In this document: in pieces, positions 24,853 through 32,453 of the stretch | Position numbering within the stretch: the stretch's first letter is position 1 | Layout of the letters: each line of letters begins with the position of its first letter | IMG/VR virus record: IMGVR_UViG_3300033170_000477 | DNA length: 32,453 nucleotides | Direction: 5' to 3' (one strand) | Source of the DNA: an uncultured virus (IMG/VR IMGVR_UViG_3300033170_000477) | Lineage: Duplodnaviria > Heunggongvirae > Uroviricota > Caudoviricetes | The notes under the pieces: model-generated | Told to the model about the DNA's origin: nothing | The model's input: the letters and a program-made list of their open reading frames with translations, nothing else | The model's database searches: none | Position numbers and translations under genes: made by a program

Positions 24853-25791
24853 ATGAAAACTACAGGAATTGATATTAGTACGTGGCAAAAACCAAGTCAG
24901 ATTAACTATGACCAACTTGCAAAAGAAGTTGATTTTGTCATCCTTCGAGCAGGATATACGGGCCACGGTACAGGAGTAAGTTTGCACAAGGATGATGCCT
25001 TTGAACAACACTATAAAGCCTTTCACGAGAGAGGTATTCCTATCGGTGTTTACTGGTACAGCTGTGCCAATACCAAAACCAAGGGCATAGCAGAAGCGAA
25101 GAAATGCCTAGAAATTATTAAAGGCAAGACCATCTCCTACCCTGTATTTATTGATACAGAGGATAATTATCACCAGCGACCAAGTGGCAAGAAAGCCATT
25201 ACCGATGCGTTAGTAGGCTTTTGTGAAACCGTAGAAAATGCTGGCTATTATGCCGGCATCTATGCGTCTAGTTCTTGGTTTCAAGATTTAACAGAACTGG
25301 ATCGTCTAGAACCTTATGATTTCTGGGTCGCTCAGTGGTCCAGTAAAGAACCGACTCTTCGTCATGGTATCTGGCAGTACACAAGCAAAGGTAAACTAAG
25401 TGGTTACTCAGGAAACTTAGACATGAACGATGCCTATAAAGATTACAAAGCGATTATCCAAAGTGCAGGGCTTAATCATCTTGGTAAAGAAGAAAATATA
25501 CCTGCTCCTACAGAAAAGAAATCGGTTGAGACGCTGGCCAAGGAAGTCATTCAAGGCTTGTGGGGTAATGGTGAAGAACGAAAGAAACGCTTAACGGATG
25601 CAGGCTATGATTATGTGGCAGTGCAATCAAAGGTCAATGAAATGCTATCTAGTAAAAAGTCTATTGATGCCATCGCAAAGGAAGTCATTCGTGGCGATTG
25701 GGGTAACGGACAAGAAAGAAAAAACAAACTTACAAATGCCGGTTATGACTACATTTCGGTACAAAAAAGGGTCAATGAACTCTTGAAATAA
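24853..25791 (+). CDS. Endolysin: GH25 muramidase with two Cpl-7 (CW_7) cell-wall-binding repeats
   Basis: GIDISTWQ, FVILRAG, GVYWYS, PVFIDTE, GIWQYTS.G, NLDMN; two A.EVI.G.WGNG.ERK..L..AGYDY..VQ..VN repeats. Confidence 0.93.
   Translation: MKTTGIDISTWQKPSQINYDQLAKEVDFVILRAGYTGHGTGVSLHKDDAFEQHYKAFHERGIPIGVYWYSCANTKTKGIAEAKKCLEIIKGKTISYPVFIDTEDNYHQRPSGKKAITDALVGFCETVENAGYYAGIYASSSWFQDLTELDRLEPYDFWVAQWSSKEPTLRHGIWQYTSKGKLSGYSGNLDMNDAYKDYKAIIQSAGLNHLGKEENIPAPTEKKSVETLAKEVIQGLWGNGEERKKRLTDAGYDYVAVQSKVNEMLSSKKSIDAIAKEVIRGDWGNGQERKNKLTNAGYDYISVQKRVNELLK
25516..25785 (+). repeat. Two tandem Cpl-7 coding repeats
   Basis: About 25516-25647 and 25654-25785; clearly homologous at protein level, diverged at DNA level. 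Confidence 0.85.
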
Positions 25792-25804
25792 GAACTAGTA
25801 AGAT

Positions 25805-25847
25805 TGCCTATCAAGGAGTATTTCTCTTTGGTAGGCATTCTTTTTTT
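25805..25847 (+). terminator. Intrinsic terminator after the endolysin
   Basis: TGCCTATCAAGGAG / CTCTTTGGTAGGCA stem, then TTCTTTTTTT. Confidence 0.85.
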
Positions 25848-25855
25848 CTAAACCG

Positions 25856-25889
25856 TCAGATTCTATTACCTCCCGTGGCTACTAGGTAG
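25856..25889 (+). promoter_or_regulatory. Bipartite motif B, copy 1 (TCAGATT-N13-TGGCTACTAGGTAG)
   Basis: Both blocks and the spacer length are identical to 30150-30183. Confidence 0.7.
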
Positions 25890-25930
25890 AGGGCAACAAA
25901 TAAATCGCCCTTTGGAAAGAGGTGATGGAT

Positions 25931-26149
25931 ATGAAACACAATCTCAAAATTAGTGTTTCTAAGAAACCACAGACAGGCGGACTTGTTACCTACCGTAATG
26001 TGTCCGTAAGGGAACGAATTCTTCGCTTTCTTTTAGGGAGTAAACAGCGTGTAACGATTGTGATCCCTGGAGATAGCATCGAGGAACTATCTATCTGTGA
26101 AATGACGAAAGGAGGTACTGACCTTGAGCAAAATAAAATTACTGCTTGA
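25931..26149 (+). CDS. Conserved phage hypothetical protein leading the replication cassette
   Basis: MKHNLKISVSK.P..GG.V..R.VSVRER.LRFL.G...VT.VIPGDS; AGAGGTG RBS. Confidence 0.75.
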   Translation: MKHNLKISVSKKPQTGGLVTYRNVSVRERILRFLLGSKQRVTIVIPGDSIEELSICEMTKGGTDLEQNKITA

Positions 26150-26441
26150 AGTGGTAAATGATATGCGAAGTCTTGCTGACAGCATACAGGCGGTTTGTAA
26201 TGCAATGGCAGAAAGTGATTCTGCTCCCAAAGAAGTGCCTGCCACAAAGACAGAAACAGCAAACGAGCCGGATATCCCACTGGAAAAAGTGCGTATGGTA
26301 CTTGCTGAAAAGAGCCAGATTGGGTTTACTGCCGAAGTGCGAGGACTCATTCAAAAGTATGGTGCAGACAAGTTAAGTGCGGTTGACAAGGCTTACTACG
26401 CTGACATCTTGAAAGATGCGGAGGAGCTTGGAAATGGGTAA
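26124..26441 (+). CDS. Conserved phage hypothetical protein
   Basis: TTG start after AAGGAGG; MSKIKLLL.V..DMRSLADS, LE.VR.VLA.KS..G.TAEVR.LI.KYGA.KLS. Confidence 0.8.
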   Translation: MSKIKLLLEVVNDMRSLADSIQAVCNAMAESDSAPKEVPATKTETANEPDIPLEKVRMVLAEKSQIGFTAEVRGLIQKYGADKLSAVDKAYYADILKDAEELGNG

Positions 26442-27570
26442 TCATGCAATATTATCTGCATCCTCATCCCACAGGTGGCTCAACTGCCTACCCTCTGCAA
26501 GACTTGAACAGGAGTTTGAAGACCAAAGTGGTGAGGCAGCAAAAGAAGGCACAGCGGCTCATGACCTGTGTGAACACAAACTAAAAAAGGCACTTCATAT
26601 GAGAAGTCAGCGACCTGTCTCTGAGTATAACTCTGATGAGATGGAGGAATGTACAGATGCTTACGTTGACTTCGTTATGGAGCAGGTGGAACTTGCAAAA
26701 ACAAAATGCAAGGATCCAATCGTCCTTATCGAACAGCATCTTGATTTTTCATGCTATGTACCAGACGGCTTTGGAACAGGAGATTGCGTGATTATCGCGG
26801 ATGACAGACTTCACATCGTAGACTTTAAATATGGACTGGGTGTGCTAGTCGATGCCGTGGACAATCCACAGATGAAGCTCTATGCCCTAGGAGCGCTTGG
26901 AATCTATGACCACCTGTACGACATTAAAGAAGTGTCTATGACCATCTTTCAGCCAAGAAGAGAAAATGTCAGCACCTGGACAATACCGGTGGAAGAACTA
27001 AAAGGCTGGGCGGAAGAAGAACTAAAGCCCAGAGCTGACAAAGCCTTCAACGGTGAGGGTGAATACATCCCCGGTCCATGGTGTACCTTCTGTAAAGCGG
27101 CAAACAGATGTCGGGCCAGAGCCGAAGAAAAGATAAAACTTGCAGAGAAAGAATTCAAGATGCCACCTCTGCTGACGGATGCTGAGATAGAAGAAATCTT
27201 ACTTATTCTTCCCGACCTTACCAAGTGGGCGAATGAAATAACAGCCTATGCCACTGATGCAGCAGTCAATCACGGTAAAGAGTGGAACGGTTTTAAAGTT
27301 GTGGAAGGTCGCTCGGTTCGCAAGTACAAAGATGAAGCAGCCATTGCAGAAAAAGCCGTGGCAGGTGGATATAAGGACATTTACAGAAAGAGCCTTATTC
27401 CGCTGACAGAGATGCAAAAACTGATGGGTAAATCCAAATTTGAGGAACTCCTCGGTGACCTCATTTACAAACCACCGGGTAAGCCGACTCTTGTTCCAAA
27501 TTCAGATAAAAGACCGGCTATGAACGTAGCACATGCTAAAAACGAATTTAACGAAATTATGGAGGATTAA
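26434..27570 (+). CDS. DUF2800 / Cas4-like PD-(D/E)xK nuclease
   Basis: HA.LSASSSHRWLNC, EGT.AH, GFGTGD, DFKYG, Q.KLYALG, WC.FC.A...CRAR; GGAG RBS before ATG 26434. Confidence 0.88.
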   Translation: MGNHAILSASSSHRWLNCLPSARLEQEFEDQSGEAAKEGTAAHDLCEHKLKKALHMRSQRPVSEYNSDEMEECTDAYVDFVMEQVELAKTKCKDPIVLIEQHLDFSCYVPDGFGTGDCVIIADDRLHIVDFKYGLGVLVDAVDNPQMKLYALGALGIYDHLYDIKEVSMTIFQPRRENVSTWTIPVEELKGWAEEELKPRADKAFNGEGEYIPGPWCTFCKAANRCRARAEEKIKLAEKEFKMPPLLTDAEIEEILLILPDLTKWANEITAYATDAAVNHGKEWNGFKVVEGRSVRKYKDEAAIAEKAVAGGYKDIYRKSLIPLTEMQKLMGKSKFEELLGDLIYKPPGKPTLVPNSDKRPAMNVAHAKNEFNEIMED

Positions 27571-27575
27571 ATATT

Positions 27576-28127
27576 ATGGCAAATATGCAAAACAAAACAA
27601 AAGTTATCACAGGTGTAAACTCAAGATTTTCTTACTTCCACGGATGGGAGCCTGTATCTATTAATGGTGGTGCAGAAAAGTACAGCGTATCCGTTCTTAT
27701 TCCAAAGGATGACAAGGAAACCATCAATGCTATCCATGCAGCAGTTGATGCTGCCATTGAGGAAGGTATCGCAAAGTTTGGTGGTAAGAAACCAAATAAG
27801 GCAGCCATTAAACTACCGCTGCGTGATGGTGATGTAGAGCGTGATGATGAGGCTTATAAAGGCCATTACTTCATCAATGCGAATAGCAAGACAGCGCCAC
27901 AGATTGTAGACAAAAGTGTTAAGCCGATACTGGATCGTAGCGAGGTATACAGCGGTTGCTATGGCAGGGTTTCTCTTAACTTCTATGCTTTCAACTCAAA
28001 TGGTAATAAAGGTGTAGCTTGTGGTCTTGGTAACATTCAAAAAATTAGAGACGGAGAACCTCTAGGCGGTAAGACTTCTGCAGTAGATGATTTTACGACT
28101 CTTGTCGATGATGACTTCCTTGCCTAA
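27576..28127 (+). CDS. DUF2815 single-stranded DNA-binding protein (T7 gp2.5-like)
   Basis: RFSY, KYSVS.LIPK.D, PLRDGD, YSGCY, GL.NIQK.RDGEPLGG, acidic DDDFLA tail. Confidence 0.88.
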   Translation: MANMQNKTKVITGVNSRFSYFHGWEPVSINGGAEKYSVSVLIPKDDKETINAIHAAVDAAIEEGIAKFGGKKPNKAAIKLPLRDGDVERDDEAYKGHYFINANSKTAPQIVDKSVKPILDRSEVYSGCYGRVSLNFYAFNSNGNKGVACGLGNIQKIRDGEPLGGKTSAVDDFTTLVDDDFLA

Positions 28128-28146
28128 AAGGAATAGAAAACTTGAT

Positions 28147-28179
28147 GGTGGTGGAGGTCTTCCCTCTGCCACCTTTTTT
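28147..28179 (+). terminator. Terminator-like hairpin between SSB and DNA polymerase
   Basis: GGTGGTGGAGG-TCTTC-CCTCTGCCACC then TTTTTT. Confidence 0.75.
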
Positions 28180-28200
28180 CATTTAGGAAAGGTGGTAGCT

Positions 28201-30141
28201 ATGAAGAACTTAGAAATCGATATCGAAACCTATTCATCTACCAATCTACAAAAAAGTGGTGTTTATCGTTACGTAGAAGCAGATGATTTTGAGGTGATGC
28301 TGTTTGGTTATGCGATTGACGGTGGTGAAGTTAAGGTCATCGATTTGAAGAATGGAGAAAGGATTCCAAAAGAAATCCTAGATGCCTTAACCGATGAAAC
28401 CATTACGAAGTGGGCATTTAATGCTCAGTTTGAGCGAGTATGCCTTTCACGTTATTTAAGCTACCCTACTGGGACTTATCTAAATCCTTCCTCATGGAAA
28501 TGTTCCATGGTTTGGTCTGCCTATATGGGTTTACCACTTTCTTTAGAAGGTGTAGGTGCAGTGCTAGGGCTTGAAAAACAAAAGCTGACAGAGGGTAAAG
28601 ACCTGATCCGTTACTTTTGTGTTCCCTGTACTCCAACAAAAACAAATGGCGGTAGAACTCGTAATTTGCCAAACGATGAAAGAGATAAATGGCAGCAGTT
28701 TAAAGCATATAACAAGCGTGATGTGGAGGCAGAAATACAGATACAACAAAGATTGATCAAGTTTCCAGTACCAGAGGACATCTGGGATGAGTATCATCTC
28801 GACCAAGAAATCAACGATCGAGGCATAAAGGTGGATATGGATTTTGTTAAACAGGCCATCGCCATGGATGACATATCTCATGAAAAACTACTAACTGCCA
28901 TGCAGCAGATAACAAATCTCGATAACCCAAACTCTGTACAACAGATGAAAAGCTGGCTTTGTGAAAATGGTCTAGAGATGGAGACTCTCGGTAAAAAAGC
29001 TGTCGCTGAGAAACTTAAGGAAACCGATGGTGAACTAAATGAAGTTCTTTCACTTCGTCAGCAACTGGCAAAATCCTCAGTAAAGAAATATACAGCAATG
29101 GAAAATGCGGTCTGTAGTGATTCTCGTGCCAGAGGGATGTTTCAGTTTTATGGAGCAAACAGAACCGGACGCTTTGCCGGAAGGCTTGTGCAATTACAAA
29201 ACCTCCCTCAAAATCATATGCCAGATTTAAAAGAGGCGAGAAATATTGTCAGAAATGGTGATGTTGAAACACTGGAACTGCTCTATGAAGATATACCTGA
29301 TACCCTTTCACAACTGATTCGTACAGCCTTTGTACCTAGAGTGGGTCATAAGTTTATTGTGGCTGACTTCTCAGCCATTGAGGCTCGTGTGCTTTCATGG
29401 CTTGCAGGCGAAACATGGCGAACAAAGGTATTTGCTAGTGGTGGCGATATCTACTGTGCATCTGCCTCCCAGATGTTCAGTGTTCCCGTTGAAAAGCATG
29501 GTGTGAACGGTCACTTGAGACAGAAGGGTAAAATTGCTGAATTGGCACTTGGATATGGTGGTTCTCTTGGTGCGCTAAAAGCCATGGGTGCATTAGAGAT
29601 GGGGCTTGAAGAGGAAGAATTAAAACCGCTTGTGAATACCTGGAGAATGTCTAATCCCAACATCACACAGTTCTGGTGGGATGTAGATCGGGCGGCTAAA
29701 CAATGCGTGAAGGAAAACAAATTACAAGAAACCCATGGCATCGAGTTTCATTGTTTTAGTGGCATGCTTTTTATCGTTCTTCCCTCTGGCAGAAGGCTTG
29801 CCTATGTAAAACCTCGAATTGGTGAGAATCAGTTTGGTGGTGAGTCTGTTACCTATGAAGGAGTAGGTGGAACAAAGAAATGGGAGCGTCTTGAAAGTTA
29901 CGGTCCTAAGTTTGTAGAGAATATTGTTCAAGCCATCTCCCGTGATATTTTAATGTATTCAATGAAGATGCTTAGTACTTATCGTATTGTGGCTCATGTC
30001 CATGATGAAGTAATTATTGAAGCGAATCCTCAAATAGCGGTTACTGAAGTATGTAAACAGATGAGTCAAGTGCCACCTTGGGCAAAAGGGCTGCTTCTTG
30101 ACGCCGATGGCTATGAATGTGACTTTTATCAAAAAGATTAA
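28201..30141 (+). CDS. Phage family A DNA polymerase with 3'-5' exonuclease domain
   Basis: IDIETYS, AFNAQFE, YN.RDV exonuclease motifs; RTGRFAG, QLQNLP, DFSAIEARV (motif A), RQKGK.AELALGYG (motif B), HVHDE (motif C); AAAGGTGG RBS before ATG 28201. Confidence 0.95.
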   Translation: MKNLEIDIETYSSTNLQKSGVYRYVEADDFEVMLFGYAIDGGEVKVIDLKNGERIPKEILDALTDETITKWAFNAQFERVCLSRYLSYPTGTYLNPSSWKCSMVWSAYMGLPLSLEGVGAVLGLEKQKLTEGKDLIRYFCVPCTPTKTNGGRTRNLPNDERDKWQQFKAYNKRDVEAEIQIQQRLIKFPVPEDIWDEYHLDQEINDRGIKVDMDFVKQAIAMDDISHEKLLTAMQQITNLDNPNSVQQMKSWLCENGLEMETLGKKAVAEKLKETDGELNEVLSLRQQLAKSSVKKYTAMENAVCSDSRARGMFQFYGANRTGRFAGRLVQLQNLPQNHMPDLKEARNIVRNGDVETLELLYEDIPDTLSQLIRTAFVPRVGHKFIVADFSAIEARVLSWLAGETWRTKVFASGGDIYCASASQMFSVPVEKHGVNGHLRQKGKIAELALGYGGSLGALKAMGALEMGLEEEELKPLVNTWRMSNPNITQFWWDVDRAAKQCVKENKLQETHGIEFHCFSGMLFIVLPSGRRLAYVKPRIGENQFGGESVTYEGVGGTKKWERLESYGPKFVENIVQAISRDILMYSMKMLSTYRIVAHVHDEVIIEANPQIAVTEVCKQMSQVPPWAKGLLLDADGYECDFYQKD

Positions 30142-30149
30142 AGAAATCA

Positions 30150-30194
30150 TCAGATTTCACCTCCTGCCATGGCTACTAGGTAGGAGGTGTTTTT
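30150..30194 (+). promoter_or_regulatory. Bipartite motif B, copy 2, overlapping a terminator-like hairpin that sequesters the next RBS
   Basis: TCAGATT-N13-TGGCTACTAGGTAG at 30150-30183; CACCTCCTGCC 30158-30168 pairs with GGTAGGAGGTG 30179-30189, then TTTTT. Confidence 0.7.
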
Positions 30195-30196
30195 CT

Positions 30197-30412
30197 ATGA
30201 ACATTTATGAAGTAAAAGATGGATCTCCGTTAAAGGGTAAGACCGATCAGATGACAGAGGAAGAATTACAAAAGGAATATGACTTTCATATAGCCGAGAG
30301 TATTGTCGCAAACCTACATAAAGAAGGCAAAATCACAGCGGATGAATTACACAAAATATCAGTCTTGAACAGGCAGAAATTCTCTCCCCGTTTAGCCGAT
30401 ATTATGTCCTAA
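30197..30412 (+). CDS. Small SHOCT-like protein preceding the recombinases
   Basis: ATG 30197 after GGAGGTG; L...G.IT.DE..KI...NR..FSP.LA.I pattern. Confidence 0.75.
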   Translation: MNIYEVKDGSPLKGKTDQMTEEELQKEYDFHIAESIVANLHKEGKITADELHKISVLNRQKFSPRLADIMS

Positions 30413-30450
30413 AAAGCTTGCTATTAATAGCTTTTAGAGTGATGTATGTA
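30411..30450 (+). promoter_or_regulatory. Bipartite motif A, copy 2
   Basis: 31/40 identical to 6250-6289; contains palindrome GCTATTAATAGC 30420-30431; 20 nt upstream of the recombinase start. Confidence 0.7.
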
Positions 30451-30470
30451 ATGGGCGAAAGCGAGGTGAG

Positions 30471-32036
30471 ATGATGAAAAAGATAACAAAAATAGATGAA
30501 CTGCCCCAGGGACAACTACCTACTACGAAACTTAGGGTTGCCGCTTATGCCAGGGTCTCAACCGATAGTGATGAACAGCTTGAAAGCCTTAAAGCACAGC
30601 GTGAACACTATGAGCGCTATATTAAGTCTAATCCTGAATGGGAGTTTGCTGGTCTTTATTATGACGAAGGGATCTCCGGCACCAAGATGGAGAAACGGAC
30701 TGAACTGCTCCGCATGATACGAGATTGTAAGCAAGGTCGGATAGATTTTATTATCACCAAATCAATCAGCCGCTTTGCTCGTAATACAGTAGATTGCCTA
30801 GAGTTAGTAAGAAAGCTGATTGATATCGGTGTTTACATTTATTTTGAAAAAGAGAATCTAAATACGGGTGATATGGAAAGTGAGCTGATGCTTTCTATTC
30901 TTTCAGGATTTGCCGCAGAAGAGTCTGCATCTATTTCACAAAACTCAACATGGTCCATTCAAAAGAGATTTCAAAACGGTAGTTATGTAGGTACTCCACC
31001 CTATGGATATACCAATATAGATGGTGAAATGGTAATCGTCCCAGAAGAAGCAGAAATCATAAAACGTATTTTTGCAGAGTGCCTTTCAGGAAAAGGTGGA
31101 GGTACTATAGCAAGAGGTTTGAACAAAGACAAAATCCCTGCAAGACGAGGTAATCACTGGAGTGCAGGCACGGTGATAGACATGCTTCGAAACGAAAAAT
31201 ATATGGGTGATGTCCTACTACAAAAGACTTACACAGATAGTAACTACAATCGCCATCCAAATACAGGCGAAAAAGACCAGTATTACTACAAGGATAATCA
31301 TGAACCTATTATAAGTAGAGAAGACTTTGCTAAGGCACAAGATCTCATTGATGAAAGAGCCAAGATGAAGTGTAAGGGCGTGAAAAAGAACGTTTATCTT
31401 AATCGATATGCTTTAAGTGGCAAGATCGTCTGTGGAGAATGTGGTCGCAATTTTAGGAGAAAGACAAACTACTCAGTTGGTAGGAGTTACATTGCTTGGA
31501 GTTGCATCGGTCATATCGAAGACAAAGAGAGTTGCTCCATGTTGTTCTTGCGAGATGGGGAAATCAAAGCCACATTTACAACCATGATGAATAAGCTTGC
31601 TTTCAGTAACAAGCTAATCCTAGAGCCACTTTTCAAATCAATTAGCCAAATCGATGAAGAAAGCGACCGTAAAAGAATGGACGCTATTGATAAGCGAATG
31701 GAGCAACTCATGGAAGAATGCAACACCCTTATTACACTGATGGCCAAAGGTTTCCTGGAGCCAGCTCTTTTTAATCAGGAACGAAATGTTTTAGATAGTG
31801 AGATGAAAAATCTTTCAACTGAAAAAACAAACCTTGTATCAAATTCCACGAGTGGGATTTTGCGAGCAAACGAGATAAAGGACCTCATTGATTACGTGTC
31901 AGCAGATAATTTTATTGGTGACTACACGGAAGAATTATTTGAAGAATTTGTAGAGAACATCATTGTAAATTCTAGGGAGGAGCTGACATTCAATTTGAAA
32001 TGTGGTCTTTCCCTGAAAGAAAAGGTGGTGAGATAA
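30471..32036 (+). CDS. Large serine recombinase (integrase)
   Basis: VAAYARVST catalytic serine, DEGISGT, KSISRFARN, PYGY recombinase domain, NEKY.GD, CGECG...C...C zinc ribbon, coiled coil. Confidence 0.95.
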   Translation: MMKKITKIDELPQGQLPTTKLRVAAYARVSTDSDEQLESLKAQREHYERYIKSNPEWEFAGLYYDEGISGTKMEKRTELLRMIRDCKQGRIDFIITKSISRFARNTVDCLELVRKLIDIGVYIYFEKENLNTGDMESELMLSILSGFAAEESASISQNSTWSIQKRFQNGSYVGTPPYGYTNIDGEMVIVPEEAEIIKRIFAECLSGKGGGTIARGLNKDKIPARRGNHWSAGTVIDMLRNEKYMGDVLLQKTYTDSNYNRHPNTGEKDQYYYKDNHEPIISREDFAKAQDLIDERAKMKCKGVKKNVYLNRYALSGKIVCGECGRNFRRKTNYSVGRSYIAWSCIGHIEDKESCSMLFLRDGEIKATFTTMMNKLAFSNKLILEPLFKSISQIDEESDRKRMDAIDKRMEQLMEECNTLITLMAKGFLEPALFNQERNVLDSEMKNLSTEKTNLVSNSTSGILRANEIKDLIDYVSADNFIGDYTEELFEEFVENIIVNSREELTFNLKCGLSLKEKVVR

Positions 32037-32453
32037 ATGGCATATATTCCATATGGATACAAAATTCAAGACGGAGTGGTTACTGTCGATGAAAAGGCAG
32101 CAGGTCAAGTAAAGGTATTCTTTGAGAAATACATATCAGGACTATCCCTTACAGTGGCTGGCGAACAGGCAGGTATTGATAAGACACACTCAGTAATGGG
32201 ACGTATTTTGAAAAACGTCAACTACCTTGGAAATGATACGTATCCAGCAATTATTGATAAAGAGATATTTGATAAAGCTGAAGAAGTTAGAGATAAGCGT
32301 GCAAAGGATTTAGGACGAGTGGTAGAGCTTGCCGCTTTCACCTCTCCCCCTCCCAAAGAACGATTTAAAATGAGAAAGGCAGATAATAAGATGCCAGTTG
32401 ATCCTTTTGAACGAGCAGAATACTTATATAGTCTGATAGAAAGCGAGGAATAA
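32037..32453 (+). CDS. Short recombinase-DNA-binding-domain protein lacking a catalytic domain
   Basis: Begins IPYGY, has IL.N..YLG...YPAII..E.F..A; no Y.R.S motif; TAA at 32451-32453. Confidence 0.8.
   Translation: MAYIPYGYKIQDGVVTVDEKAAGQVKVFFEKYISGLSLTVAGEQAGIDKTHSVMGRILKNVNYLGNDTYPAIIDKEIFDKAEEVRDKRAKDLGRVVELAAFTSPPPKERFKMRKADNKMPVDPFERAEYLYSLIESEE

Larger units (their letters stand above)
1..32453 (+). mobile_element. Temperate siphovirus prophage (interior; neither end nor att site visible), phi-m46.1-like, serine-recombinase type
   Basis: Contiguous co-oriented replication, packaging, head, tail, lysis and recombinase genes; no host housekeeping context at either edge. Confidence 0.95.

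Noticed and set aside
18602..25791. Diversity-generating retroelement or invertible tail-fibre shufflon
   Set aside because: No reverse transcriptase, no near-identical TR/VR pair differing at adenines, no inverted cassettes; the paralogous tail ORFs and Cpl-7 repeats are similar mainly at protein level.
26434..27570. CRISPR-Cas system suggested by a Cas4-like nuclease
   Set aside because: No repeat-spacer array or other cas genes seen; this nuclease is a normal partner of SSB and PolA in phage replication cassettes.
28087..28200. N-terminal extensions given by the ORF track (pol 28087; also 328, 614, 2716, 6257, 7183, 12497, 12838, 24407, 30098)
   Set aside because: They run through terminators or upstream genes; downstream starts with good SD spacing match the recognisable family N-termini.
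25856..30450. Motif A or B as prophage attL/attR
   Set aside because: Both pairs are internal, with phage genes on each side, and sit directly before RBSs; the true ends lie outside the window.
1..32453. tRNA, rRNA, group I/II introns, inteins, IS elements, antibiotic-resistance cargo
   Set aside because: None recognised; intergenic gaps are short, and terL, pol and helicase have normal lengths. A covariance-model search was not possible.

Overview
The whole window is the interior of one temperate siphovirus prophage of a Bacillota host, with all credible genes on the + strand. Its layout resembles the phi-m46.1/phi-SsUD.1-type prophages that integrate through serine recombinases; this assignment is from memory of gene content, not a search. 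Order: 3' end of a VapE-type primase-helicase, putative origin, VRR-NUC, SNF2 helicase, late regulator, HNH, cos region, TerS, metK, ParB-DNA methyltransferase, three small accessory genes, TerL, portal, Clp protease, HK97 capsid, head-tail genes, tail tube, -1 frameshifted chaperone, tape measure, Dit, Tal-like spike, two small tail-tip genes, a large GH18 hydrolase, holin, GH25/Cpl-7 endolysin, a DUF2800-DUF2815-DNA polymerase A cassette, a SHOCT-like gene and two recombinase genes. Most interesting: (1) the Tal spike appears to end in half of a carbohydrate-binding-type beta-sandwich, and the missing half appears twice, in two paralogous downstream ORFs, one in frame behind a single TAA (candidate split-domain 'plug-and-socket' tail tip next to the GH18 enzyme); (2) the DNA polymerase cassette lies after the lysin, bracketed by a 34-bp bipartite direct repeat; (3) a second 40-bp bipartite motif is shared by the accessory genes and the recombinase; (4) metK is coupled to a methyltransferase inside the packaging operon; (5) a probable nonsense mutation in the tail-completion gene. 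Family assignments come from motif recognition by eye; no database searches were run.
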